From: Phaeosaccion multiseriatum
Lineage: Eukaryota; Protista; Ochrophyta, other classes
Direction: 5' to 3'
Assembly (NCBI GenBank): GCA_965112735.1
Contig: OZ218965.1
Coordinates: 1,488,001-1,552,000 of the forward strand
DNA length: 64,000 nt
The notes below the pieces were generated by a model. The model made no database searches and was not told the DNA's origin. It worked only from the letters and a program-made list of their open reading frames with translations. How positions within the stretch are numbered: the first letter of the stretch is position 1; the number at the start of each line of letters is the position of its first letter. A program made the position numbers and the translations under genes. Positions 33,276-48,300 of the stretch are shown here, piece after piece.

Positions 33276-33328
33276 GGATGAGAACTTTATTGACTTAATA
33301 GGAGTCACCTAAGAAACTGAAAGTGTGA

Positions 33329-33362
<34 letters not shown>

Positions 33363-33963
33363 GTGTCGCTGTGTCTCCGGGGCCCTCGAGGGGCCGGTTA
33401 CTCCCCCTCTAGGGCGGGGAGGGGGAGTGCGGGACCGGCTCCGCGGTTGAGCCGACCCAGGAAGGCGCGCTCCCGCTCCGAGAGCCACATCTGGTGGCTG
33501 CAGCTGACGAGGCGGCGTAGTCGTGTCAGGACGTGGCCCTTGGTGGTGGAGGAGCCCGTGCGGCCAGTGCGGGTGACCACGTGCTCGGCGAGTGCGTGCA
33601 GGAGCGATTGCGCCTGTGCGCCGAGTCGGCCGTGGGTCTCGATGGCGAAGGTGGAGAGGCGAACACGCTCTCGGTCGTACGTGCCCCTGTAATGTCGCTC
33701 CTTGCGGGTCTCGCTGTTGGCGGCTGCCGCTCCCGGTCTAATGTCCGTGCGGAGCACATTCAAGGCCGTCCTGCAGAGGTTGTTACTCAGGGTTAGGTCA
33801 AGCATGTGCGCCGGGTGGGCAAAGGTGGGGTCGCGGGCTCCGGAGAGGGCGCCTCGGGGGAGGGTGGCGTCCATGCGGAAGGTCCGGGCGATGTTGTGCG
33901 GGGGGTTGAAGAGCTCCGAGCTCTCGTGTCCGACGCGGGAGACGTAGTTCTGCTTGAAGGAGA
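33276..33963 (-). mobile_element. 5'-truncated non-LTR retrotransposon of restriction-like endonuclease (CRE-like) type
   Basis: ORF remnant ending at 33398 has FRMD..MLDLTL..AAAANSETRKERHY..FAIETHGRLG..A..LL, a PD-(D/E)xK-like C-terminal endonuclease pattern. The 3' UTR has (CA)n and AATAAA. GGATAGAGGAGA flanks it at 33264-33275 and 33964-33975. Confidence 0.8.
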
Positions 33964-34043
33964 GGATAGAGGAGAAAGGATTACATCTGTGACTCCGCTC
34001 GAATGTAGAGGGCGTGAAGAAGGTCGGTGTCACACCAGCACAG

Positions 34044-37000
34044 ATGGAGGCCGGAGAAGCTGTAGCAGCGGCCGACGTGTGGGGAAAGCATCTGGATGAC
34101 CTACCCCTGAATGAACCACAGCTCGTCGTTGATGCCAAGGTCTGTGACGCGCGGAAGGTGGCGTGTTCCCAACAGAAAGCTTGTATCTCTTTAGCCTCTG
34201 CTCTCTTTGTCTCGTCGAGCTACCCCTCGCCTCCTCGTGAGCCTCTGTCCCACTCATACTCTCGCTGTTGTTGGCATCACTTGTTTCTCCTCTCTTTCCA
34301 GAACGAGCTTGGCGAAGGCGTCACGTGGTGCCCTCGCCGCCAGGCCGTCCTATGGCTGGACATCGTTGGCAAGAAGCTGCACAGCTGGGAGTGGAAGGAA
34401 GGACCAAACACGCCAATGCCACCCGTCTCGTCGTGGGATCTCCCCAAAGTGGCCGGGTCCTTCTGCTTGACCGATGACTTTGACCCTGAGGACAGCGCCG
34501 AGGTGGCCGCCAAGCGCTTCCCCTTCATCATGTGTTTCGAGGATGGGTTTGCCCTGTACAATCACACGAATCAGAAGTGCCGGTACCTCGACACTCCCTA
34601 TCGAAAGGTGGGGTTTTGATTTCGGCCCGGTGAGAGGGATCACCGTTCCTCCTACACGCTGGCATGGCTGCTGACGCGCTGCTTGCTTTTCTGCTTCGTC
34701 CGACCGCGGGTATCTTCCTAACTCTTGCTGCTGTTTTCTTGCAGGAAGGCAACATCCGGCTCAACGACGGTAGAACGGACCGCCAGGGCAGGGTTGTCTG
34801 CGGGGCAATGTAAGCTTTTGCCTTCTCGCGTGTGGTGCATATTCGGGCACCCTCCTCTCTTCTCCTCCCTCTCGTACGGCACACATTAACCCACCTTCAT
34901 GATACCCATTTTCCTCGCTACCCACTCCTGCCTAACAGAAACCTGGACAACGTGGACGAGCCGCTGGACAAGTGGGAGGCCAAGGTCAAGGCGTACTGCG
35001 TCGGTGTGGACAGTCAAGGCAAAGACAGCAGTAGCAGCAGCAGCAGCAGTAGTAGTAGTAATGGTAGTGGTAGTGGTACTAGTCGCGATGGACCTATTTT
35101 TAAGGCGAAAGAGATCATCGTCCATCACACCTTTCGAAATTACAACGGAGGCGCCTTCTCGCCCGATGGCAGGTGAGGGGAATAAAGAGACAAACGGACA
35201 GAGGGAGAGGCAGAAGAAACAGCACGGGCAATACGCGGATAGAGGGAGAGGGAGAAGGAGGAAAGGAGGAAGAGAGGAAGCGACGGCTCCGGCTCTGGCG
35301 GCGGCGGCGGCGGAGGAGGAGGAGGAGGAGGAGGAGGAGGAGGAGGAGGAGGAGGAGGAGGAGGAGGAGGAGGGATGGAGAAGTGAATGTATGTTTGTCT
35401 TCTCTCTCATTGCGCACCCTCCCAGTGTCCACTACCGTCGATTGCTGTGTCTCCTTCTTATGCCTCCTCTCTCGCTCTCTCGCCCTGTGTGTGTGTGTGT
35501 GTGTGCGTGTGTGTCAACCTCCGCGATGGCTGTCTCGCAGGACAATGTACTGCACAGGTAGGAAGGAAGGAGCGTACAGTGGCAAGAGTGATGCCGCCCC
35601 TCCTCTCTTCGCTCTTGCCCTCTTGCTTCCCCCTTGCTCCCCCCTCTCCACCTCCCATTCCCTTTCCCCTCATCTCCTCTCCTCTCCCCGCTCTCTCTCT
35701 TTCTCTCTCTCTTTTTCTTTCTCTTTCTCTCTCCCTATCTCTCTCTTCCTTTCTCTTTCCCTCCCCCTCCTCTGCTCTCCTCTCCCCGCTCTCTCTCTCT
35801 TTCTCTCTCTCTCCCTCTCCCTCTATCTTTCTTTCTCTCTCTCTCCCTCTCTCTCTTGCTTTCTCTTTCCCTCCCCCTCCTCTGCTCTCCTCTCCCCGCT
35901 CTCTCTCTCTTTCTCTCTCTCTCCCTCTCTCTCTTGCTTTCTCTTTCCCTCCCCCTCATCTCCTCTCCTCTCCCCGCTCTCTCTCTTTCTCTCTCTCTTT
36001 TTCTTTCTCTTTCTCTCTCCCTCTCTCTCTTGCTTTCTCTTTCCCTCCCCCTCCTCTCCTCTCCTCTCCCCGCTCTCTCTCTCTCTTTCCCTCTCTCTCT
36101 CTCTCCCACACACACCCAGACTCGCCGCTACACGAGATATGTAAGTGCGTGGGTGCAAGCACGTGTGCGTATGTGATCCTTGCTCCTGATGATGGAGATG
36201 GAGATGTGGAGTTGAGGAGATGGAGTGCGTCTTCTCCACAAGATTTCCCTCCCGTCTCTTGTGCTTAGCTCAGCTCTTCTTATCGTGTTGTTGTTTTGTG
36301 GCCCGTGTTTCACCACTTTCGCCAGGGGCTTTTGACTACGACACGAAGACTGGCGAGCCCAACAATCAGCGGACATTTGCCCAAATGAAGGCTCCGGAGG
36401 TGGCGGACGGAGCAACCATTGACAGGTATGTGCCCTCCTTGGTACCTTGACTTGACTTGTCCCCCCCCACATCCCAGAAAAGCAACGGGTTCTCAAGCAA
36501 GCAAGCGCTTCGTCGGCGTTGTGGGCTCAATCAAAGTGCAAGCATAACACCCTCGACGCTCGCCGCACACTTGACTTGGTTGTGTTTGTCGTTTCCTCTG
36601 TGTCCTTCCGGTTATTACTCAGTTTAGTTGATGATATCAAGAGTCAATTTTCCCATCAATCTCCCCTCCCCTCCCCTCCCCTCCCCTCCCCCACGTGTGC
36701 ACGTACGTCCGTCTCTGTGTACCTATCTGCCAATGTGCCCCTATGTCAGTGAGGGATGCCTCTTGACGGCGGCCTTTTGGGGAGGCAAGGTGCTTCGCTT
36801 CAGCCCCCAGGGGGAACACATGACCACCTTCAACTTCCCCAAAGCGTGCAGAACGACGTGTGAGTACGTAAGGTGCCACTGTGTTGGTTTGGTGTGTGAG
36901 TAGAGAGCGTTTGGAGATTTTCTCTTGGATTGATTGATTGGAAACTCCTCCTCCGCGGACTGCTCCTGACTTCTTACTTTGCTGCATGGAAGAATGCAAG

Positions 37001-37866
37001 ACCCATCTTGCTATACGCGAAGGAGAGTAGCCTTGGAGGAGAGTAGCCTTGAGGGAGAGTAGCCTTGAAGGAGAGTAGTCTTGAAGGAGAGTAGCCTTGA
37101 AGGAGAGTAGCCTTGAAGGAGAGTAGCCTTGAAGGAGAGTAGCCTTGAAGGAGAGTAGCCTTGAAGGAGAGTAGCCTTCAAGGAGAGTAGCCTTGGGCGC
37201 AGGACCTCCTTGAGAACAGATGGCCCCATGTACTTCAATGTACGCCCTTGGGGCAACTGTGCTTGTCCCTCCACGCCCTCCTTCCTATCGTTAGCTCATC
37301 TCTACCCCGCCCTCGGCTCTGGTCCTCTGGTTGCCCCTCCCTGCCTGGTGCTGGCGTCTGCCCCTCCCCCTGCCCCGACAGGTCCGTGCATTGGCGGCCC
37401 GAAGATGGACACGCTCTTCGTCACGTCTGGGAGGTGAGGAGGTGTAGGGATCCTTCACTGTGCCTCGGGACCCCTGCACTTCTCTAGCACTTGCTTACAG
37501 CAGACTCTCTCGCTGCTCGCGCTTCCCTCTCAGTATAGTTGGCTTCCTCTGCATTCCCCGACCATCCACGCGCCTGCGCTCCCGTTGCCTAACTCTCTCA
37601 ACGCCCTCTACTTCCGGCTTCCCTTCCTCTCCTCCTCCCCTCTCCGTCACTCTACTATACTGGACTGGCACTCCTCCTACGACCCTCCGGCTGCTGCCAG
37701 GGTGGGAACGACCGAGGAGGACAGAGCCAAACACCCCTGGGATGGCGGTCTGATCGCAGTGAAGCTGGACGGCATTACAGGCATCCCTTACACGGCTGTT
37801 CCTTTCGATAGCACACCATCTGCACCAGTGGACTCGGCAGTGGTGGAGGAGGCCGACAAGATCTAA
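34044..37866 (+). CDS. SMP-30/gluconolactonase/regucalcin family protein; 10 exons
   Basis: Exons 34044-34139, 34302-34607, 34745-34809, 34939-35172, 35541-35557, 36120-36140, 36326-36425, 36750-36859, 37382-37434, 37701-37866. Motifs LGEG..W, WLDI, RLNDGRTDRQGR, NGGAFSPDGRTMYCTDS, DGATIDSEG, IGGPKMDTLFVTS. Confidence 0.9.
37021..37195. repeat. Intronic 16-bp minisatellite (AGGAGAGTAGCCTTGA) x~11
   Basis: Contiguous units with few substitutions and no spacers. Confidence 0.95.
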
Positions 37867-38009
37867 TTGCGAAGCATTATCCAACATCGATCCCCATGAT
37901 CCAACTATAATGTCAATGTCGAATGTCGAAGTTGGGATCACCCCCCCCATTTGGAGACGAATGTCCTCAAACTTTACTCTTAACACGCCCCAACTTCACT
38001 TCTAATGCG

Positions 38010-41072
<3,063 letters not shown>

Positions 41073-41372
41073 CGGTTGCTTTCATCAATCTCTGAAGGGG
41101 GCAGGCAGTAGGCCTCTTTCTGTAGCGTCTAGCAACAAGGAGGGGGGAAGAATACGATTTAAAATTTAATTGTATGTATATGAAGAGAATATATCTATTA
41201 ATTCTATACCGCAACTGTGATGCGCGCTGTGATCTCATGTCATCTAGCTAACCCAACAACCCCCTGCTATTGGAGAACCCTAAACACCCGTTGCATATGC
41301 GAATAGCGCAAATCCTCGGGCTCCTAAATCTAAGCAGCATGGTGTCCCTCTGCTGCTGCTGCTGTATCACCA

Positions 41373-41408
<36 letters not shown>

Positions 41409-41631
41409 GAGCATATCCCCCCCCCCCAAGCTAAAGCGATAAGCTACAATAGTAAGTACAAAAAACAAGCTCCCCCCCCCCCCTCCTCCCTCCTCCCTTG
41501 TCCAAAGACAGGAACAAGACGCTCCAGGCCAGAAGTTGCTCGTCTCTCCTATAATGCCGAAATCAACCATAGTACTTCGGAGTACAAAACAACAGCAAAA
41601 GGCTGCTGCCCTACTCCGCCCAACCGAGGGG

Positions 41632-43826
41632 TCAGGAAATGCTACAACCACAGCCCCCCGCGCCAGGAGCCTGCTGACCACCCACCGATGATGGTGGCCT
41701 CGCTCCTGCCTCCCCGTTTGCCTCTAGGCCGTTTGCAGCTACCATGTTATCCGGCCCCCTCCTTGACCCCTCCTCTCCCTTCGGTCCAACCCCCTGTGCC
41801 ATTCGAGCCAAAACCTCAATGGCGGCAAGGCGATCTTCCACCCGCTTGAGCTCAAAGTCCTTCTCGTCCAGCCTCTCTCTCAAGACCTTGTTGGAGGCTT
41901 TGACCCGTGCCAAGTCGCCCTCCTTGTTGACCATGCTCTCAGACAGGAGACGCATCTCGCCCTGTAAGTCTCTCGAAGAATGACGCGGCTGAGAATCCGT
42001 GCTATCCCCACGCTTCATCTGCCCTCCACTACCACCATCCACCCCTCCACCCATACCACCATTCGCCGAAGAAGCAACGCTGCGGTTGGTGGTGGAGGCG
42101 TTGGACGTTATAGCCATCCCCAAACCGCCCGTTGCCGACCCGCCAGACTGCCGCCACGCCCTCTTTAACTTGCGCACCTCCGTCTCTAGAGCGTCTATGC
42201 GACGCATGGCTGTCTTGGTCATGCCCTCGTTGGCCTTGTTGTCAGCTTTCACGTTCTGCCAGCGCTCCTCCATCTCCATCAGGTCCGTGGCAATCATCTC
42301 AAGTGCCATGTCTACCGCCACGCTCTCATCGTCATCATCTTCGACATCAAAGTCCACCTCCCCCCCGTCCGCCAGGAGCCCCGAATAGCCCAGAGAGATG
42401 CCAGGAGGTGCTCCTGACGGAGCTCTGGAGCGCGATTCCGCACTGTTGTCTCGTGAATGGCCGTGTGAAGCACGACCACCACCACCACCACCAGCCGCCC
42501 CTGCTGCTGCTCCAAGTTCTCCTGCGGGCCCGCTCAACAGGCCCAAGTCCCGCATTTCCTTCTGCCTTGCCCGTTCCCTCTCCTTCATTTCCTCCTCCTC
42601 CTCCTCCGCCCCCGAAGGAAGGCGGGTGATTTTGTTGTTCCCATCCAAGGCGATACGCATGCTCGTAGAACGCTTCTTTGTCGGCTTGCCGGCCGACGAC
42701 GGTGGGATCATCGGCCCCGCAGCAGCCGCAGCGGCAGCTCTGTCTGCAGCTCTACTGTCCCCCCCGGGCAGCACACTGCCTGAACTCTCCCCCCGTGTGT
42801 GGAGCTTGCCCCCCGTTTCCTCTCCACCACTGACGCTGCATGCACCCGTAGACGAGGTTTCGTCCGTCAAAGAGCTTCCCCCCACCATGCGCAAGATCTC
42901 GATATCGCGCTCGGGATTTTTCCTCGATGCGCTCTGCCCACACAGTTCGGCCGGCGTCCTGCCGCCCTCATCCACTTCAGACAAACTGCAGCCCGCCTTG
43001 GTGAGGGCGAGCACGCACGGCAGGTGCGATTTGAGGCAGGCGTGGTGCAGTGGGGTTCTCTGGTCAAAGTCGGTAGCGTCTAAGCTGGCCCCGCGCTGTA
43101 TGAGCAGCTGCACAATGTTGTTGTGTCCGGAATGGCACGCCAGATGCAAGGGCTGCGTGAGGGAGGAGAGGGGAGAGAGTGGGAATGGGTGGGGCAAGGA
43201 GGAGGAGGAGGAGGAGGAGGAGGAGGAGGAGGGGAAGGGGGAGGAGGAGGAAGAGGAGGAGGAGGAGGAGGAGGAGGAGGAGGAGGAGGAGGAGGAGGGG
43301 AAGGGGGAGGAGGAGGAAGAGGACGAGAGGAGAAGGTGAGGCAAGCACGAAATCGTGTGGATTAGCATGTACAGGCAAAGACGAGGCGGAGGAGGAGGAG
43401 GGGGAGGAGGAGGAGGAGGAGGAGGAGGAGGAGGAGGAGGAGGAGAGGAGAGGGGAGAAGGACGAAATAGAGTGGCAAGCGTCCTTGTGGTCTCGTGTAA
43501 CGAAGTGAGACGGAGCCATCACAATGGGCGCTGGACCACATCTTCTCAGGCCCCATGTCCATGGTGATCTGGGCTGGAGGTCTGGAGGCCAAACCAGACT
43601 AACCACGGTGCTCGCTGTGCTTCACTTCTCTCTCTCTCACTCTCTGTTTCGATCGTACCGTTTGCTTCTTCGCAGTCTGCGCGTTGTTCACGTCTGCCCC
43701 TGCTTCCAGGAGTTTCTCTACAACCTCAATGTACCCCTTCTTGGCCGCGTAGTGGAGCGGGGCCCCGTCGTGCTCGTCGGTTACTTCGAGCTGCGGCTTA
43801 GACCTGCAGGAGTGAGAGGGGGGGGA

Positions 43827-43861
<35 letters not shown>

Positions 43862-44781
43862 GAGGAGGAGGAGGAGGAGGAGGAGGAGGAGGAGGAGGAG
43901 GAGGAGGAGGAGGAGGAGGAGGAGGGGGTTGATGATGAGGAGGATGAGGATGAGGATGAGGATGAGGGCATGAGGAGGAGAGGGGGGGGGCGGGAATCCG
44001 GCCAAAACCATGTCAGCATTGGTGGCCACGAAAAAAAATCAGTTTAATTCCTGGTGAAGGCATTACGCGTTCTTCCGACCATCGCCAACTCACCGTAGTA
44101 GCACGTCGACAATGGCGGCGTGCCCACCCCAGCAGGCCCAGTGGAGAGGACTTGCGTTCTGTTGATTGAACACATCCACCTGCGCCCCTTCCTCCACAAG
44201 CAGCCGCACCACTTCCAAGTGCCCCCCCCAACACGCCCACATGAGAGGGGAGCAGCTCTCTCTGTCCAGCTTATTCACATTGCCGCCCTTCGCGATGTAG
44301 TCCTTTATCTTGGTCAGCCGCCCTGGAGGTGGACGGTAGGAAGAGGAAGGGGGGGCAACGGTTGGGACCGGCCGTGTGTTTGAATATCGACCAGTGCGTT
44401 ACATGGTCGAAGACAGAGGCAGAGAAAAGAGAGACATAGCATGCAGTCCGAGTGAGGCCCGCAGATCGGGTGGGAGCAGCAGCCGCCGCAGCAGTGTGCA
44501 CAAGGGCAACGGCCACAGGGAACAGGGAACAAACAGCCAAGAGTAGAGCGCACTACTTTGCAGCAGTTTACACCAAGGTAAGCTCGAAACGGCGCTACAA
44601 GCGAGGCGCTGCCCAGAGGCACACAAGACCACAAATCCATAGGTCGGAAGAGCGGAGGACACCAAGGCCCCCACAGGCGGGGAAGTTTAAATCATTCACG
44701 GCACTCACCTGCTCTGGATGCCGCATGAATACCGCTAACCACATAGGGCGTCGAAGAGACAACAGAGCAGGCGACGCTCAT
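41632..44781 (-). CDS. Ankyrin-repeat protein with coiled coils and C-terminal CaaX motif; 4 exons
   Basis: Exons 44709-44781, 44094-44322, 43659-43803, 41632-43152. Repeats IHAASRAG, SPLMWACWGGH, SPLHWACWGGH, PLHYAAKKG, TPLHLACHSGH, TPLHHAC. Ends GGCGCSIS*. Start uncertain. Confidence 0.85.
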
Positions 44782-45363
44782 GGTCCCACAGCTCTCCCCC
44801 CACTCCTGGGCGTATCTGTGCTTATCGCTGGTGGCAGTGCTGCTGCTGCCGTGCCCTGCAGAGAAGGATTCCCAGTCTCAAACGCCGTGAGAGAAAGCCT
44901 GTTCCGGCGGGCGGCTAATTTCTATCAGCCCCCTGCCATGCCGCCCCTGATTCTGCCCTGCTGCCTCTGCTCTGCCGCACGGGCAACCCCTGTGTTCGCC
45001 ACAGTCTTCCCTACACCTGTGCGCAATTCCTACTCTGACGCAAGTGCTCCAGCGGCAAGGTAAGGCCCGTCGTTACGGGTACAAAAAAAGACGGCAAGGG
45101 GTCCGGGGTCCCCACTTGCTCAAACTGGTCGGCTTGAGCACACACCTACAACACACGCTGCTGTTTAGAACTCCAAATGCTTTGTCGACGTCTCTGTAAC
45201 ACCCAGACTTTCTCGGCTCCCTTTGGATCCCTTACGCGGGCGCTCTGCTTCTCTATTATCGAGCCCGAATTGTAAAAATTGGGGGCCTTATCTCTTACGT
45301 ACTTATCTTACTTACTTACTTGTCATTGTTGACTTAGAGGACGGATCATCGATTGCCTACAAA

Positions 45364-48300
45364 ATGCCCGGGAAGAAGAGGGCGAGGGTCTCGCAGCCTT
45401 CCGTTGGGGCGGGGACTGGAGGCTCGGGATGCTCGGTTCCCCCTCCTGCTGGAGCGGAGGAAACTGCGTCGGACAAGAACCCCACGGCAAAGAAGAAAGG
45501 CCGGAAGGCCAAGAAGGCCTCCACTAGCAAATCCTCCGCGGCAGCTGAGGAGGAGGCCCTTGAAGCGCTCCCGGACAACCTGGCCACGCTCTTCAGCCTG
45601 TATGATGTCGTGGACTCCATCTACTGCTTCATGGTCAAGGCGAGAGTGCCTCCCAAGCTCGACAGCATCGTCAACATGGTGGCGCACACCCAGGGGAAGA
45701 GGTGTGTCCCGCAAAGTCAAAGGGGTACCAAGTCAAGGCTAACGATGAGGGGGCTTCACTTCCAAACCGTTGATATTGTTGCTCATGTCTGCAGACCCCC
45801 CTCTCTCTCGGTCTCCTCCTCCCTCTCCCTCTCTCAGCGTCCTCCTCTCGCCCCTCCCCCACTCCCTCTCTCCCACTCTCTTTCTCTTTCCCCTTCTATG
45901 CAGATTTGGAGACACTGCAGCCATCACGCTGAGCCTTCAACGCCTCGTGTCCGTTGGGGAGGCCTCCAAGGTGCTCGCGTTCAACAGGGTGGCTCTCTCG
46001 CAGGACATCTACGAGCCCGGAGAGAACGGCCAAGGACCCAAGGTAATTGTTTGGCAAGGGGTGGGGGGGAGACGACTTTCACCTGGCTGCTGGACAAGAG
46101 GCTGACGCTGCTCGACTGTCAAGGGGTGGGGGAAGTGGCTTTGGTCTGGTGCTTGACAAAGGCAGTGATCTGCTTGACAAGAGGGTGGGGGGAGGGCGGC
46201 TTTCACCCAATTGCGCTCCATCTGATGCAAGTCATAACTTCTTGTGCGGTAGACGTCTCAGCTCGAGGTGGCGTTTCCCTTTGCTCCGGGCTGCGGCAAA
46301 GCGGCGATCAAGAGGCGGAAGACCAAGATGGGACAGGCCATGCTCGAGTACGCGCGCACCCAGGGAGTGGGCATGATTGGCAGCAGCGGGGAGAGCGGCA
46401 ATGGCGGCAGCAGCAGGCCCAACAGCAGGCCCAACAGCAAGTCCAGCCGCAGCAGTAGCGGCAGTAGTGGGACTAGTAGTAGGAGCAGCAGAGGTCAGTT
46501 TGAGCAGCAGGCTGAAGGACGTCCCTGTGGCGGTGGAGGGGGGGCAGGTCGGTCCAGCAGTTGCAATGAGCGTGACAGCAGCAGCAACAACAACAACAGT
46601 CAAGCGAGGCCACGGGTGGAGGAGGAAGGCAGTGGAAGGGGAGAGGCGGAGGGGCAACAAGCCTTCCACCAGGAGGTTCCTCTTCCGCCTCCACAAGACC
46701 CACCCATGTCGCCCCTCAAGAAGGCCGGCAGAGCTGTGAGGGCGGGGTTTCTAGCCTCTAGCAATGATGGACGAGGACAGGAGGAGGGAGACGACAGCGG
46801 GGACCGGGTGGGAAATATGGGTGTAGGGGGGGCAGGAGGAGGGGGGGTGCGGGGAGCAGGAGGAGGAGGTGGTGGAGAAGGAAGAGGAGGAGGAAGAGGA
46901 GGGAGTGGTGAAGGGTCTCCTCCGGCTTTGAGCAGCAAGTGCACGCCCTCTGAGCGGTTGGCCAGGAAGCTGTGCCGCGCAGACAGCGTCGCTTACGCTC
47001 CTTTGTCGCCAGTCCGAGAGGCCAAGGGGGGACGACTTGAGCAGCTGCAGCAGGGAAGCGAGGGGGGTGGGGGGAGGGAGGAGGAGGAGGAGGAGGAGGA
47101 GGAGGAGGAGGAGGAGGAGGAGGAGGAGGAGGGTGGGCGGCGAAAGGCATCACCATGGGCGCCCCCGAAATATAAATTCCTGGCCAAGAACGCCGTCGAG
47201 CACCTCACGCAGCAGCTCTGGTACAAGTAAGTATGATTGGGCCCCCTTGCTGCCTCGACTTGCCCCCCCCCCCCCCCCTATGATCTGACAAACACTGCCA
47301 TCATTTCCCTCGTCTCCCCCTTCCTCCGCCGTTTCCCTTCCCCCCCCCTCTTTCCACCGCAGAGATCAGCTCTGCCATGTGGAGACCCTTCCCCCCCGGG
47401 AAGCCAAGTACGCACAACTCGGAACCCCTCTCCCCGAGGCCTTGACCTCGGCTCTAAAGGCCTCCAAGGGAGTGACCCGGTTCTTCTCGCACCAAGCCCG
47501 AGCCATTGATGCCGCCTTTGAAGGCAAGCATGTAGTCATATCGACCAGCACCTCCTCGGGCAAATCCGTGGTGTTCACGGTGCCTGTGCTAAGGGAATTG
47601 CTCACCACACAGCCCGACCTCGTGGCGGTGTTTCTCTTCCCCACAAAGGCGCTTGCGCAGGACCAACTCCGATCCATTAAGGTCAGTGGATACTGCGATT
47701 CATGCCGATAGATGCCCTTTGTGTGGCCTACAGAGCCCGCCCCCACGCGTCCGACACGAAGGGTTGCCGTCCCCCCTCTGGTCGACAAGACTCCAAACCT
47801 TAACCAAGCTTTCCTTCCCTTCCTCGTCCCTCCCTTCCCCTCCCTTCTCCTCCCCTCCCGTCCTCTCTCTCCCCACCACACCCCCAAGGCCCTTGTAACC
47901 GCCGACCCTATCCTCAGCGAAACCGTCCGACCTGCCACCCTTGACGGCGACACCAACTTCGCCGATCGCGACCACATCGCTCTGAATGCCAACATTATTC
48001 TCACGAATCCAGACATGCTGCACCTCACCCTGCTCCCCAACCATCGCAAGTTCGAGCGTCTCCTGTCGCACCTTCGTTGGGTGGTCATCGATGAGAGCCA
48101 CATGTATCGAGGGGCCTTTGGTGCCCATGTTAGCATGGTGCTTCGCCGCTTGCTCAGGCTGTGCGCCGTGTATCAACCGTGAGTGTGTCCACAGAGACAG
48201 GCATGGAGGGGGGGAGGGAGGGGCAGGCAGATACGCAGGCGGGGGCGTACTGATTTCCTCGCCTGTGAGGAAGAGGAGTGGTCTACGGATCTCCTTCTTC

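Noticed and set aside
37021-37195. CRISPR-like appearance of the 16-bp repeat (also the 21-bp repeats at 2400 and 52975 and the interrupted array at 15811)
   Set aside because: No unique spacers, no cas genes, and a eukaryotic context.
44709-44726. MRHPEQ as first exon of the ankyrin gene
   Set aside because: Wrong phase for the next exon; the alternative frame gives the ankyrin-like IHAASRAG.
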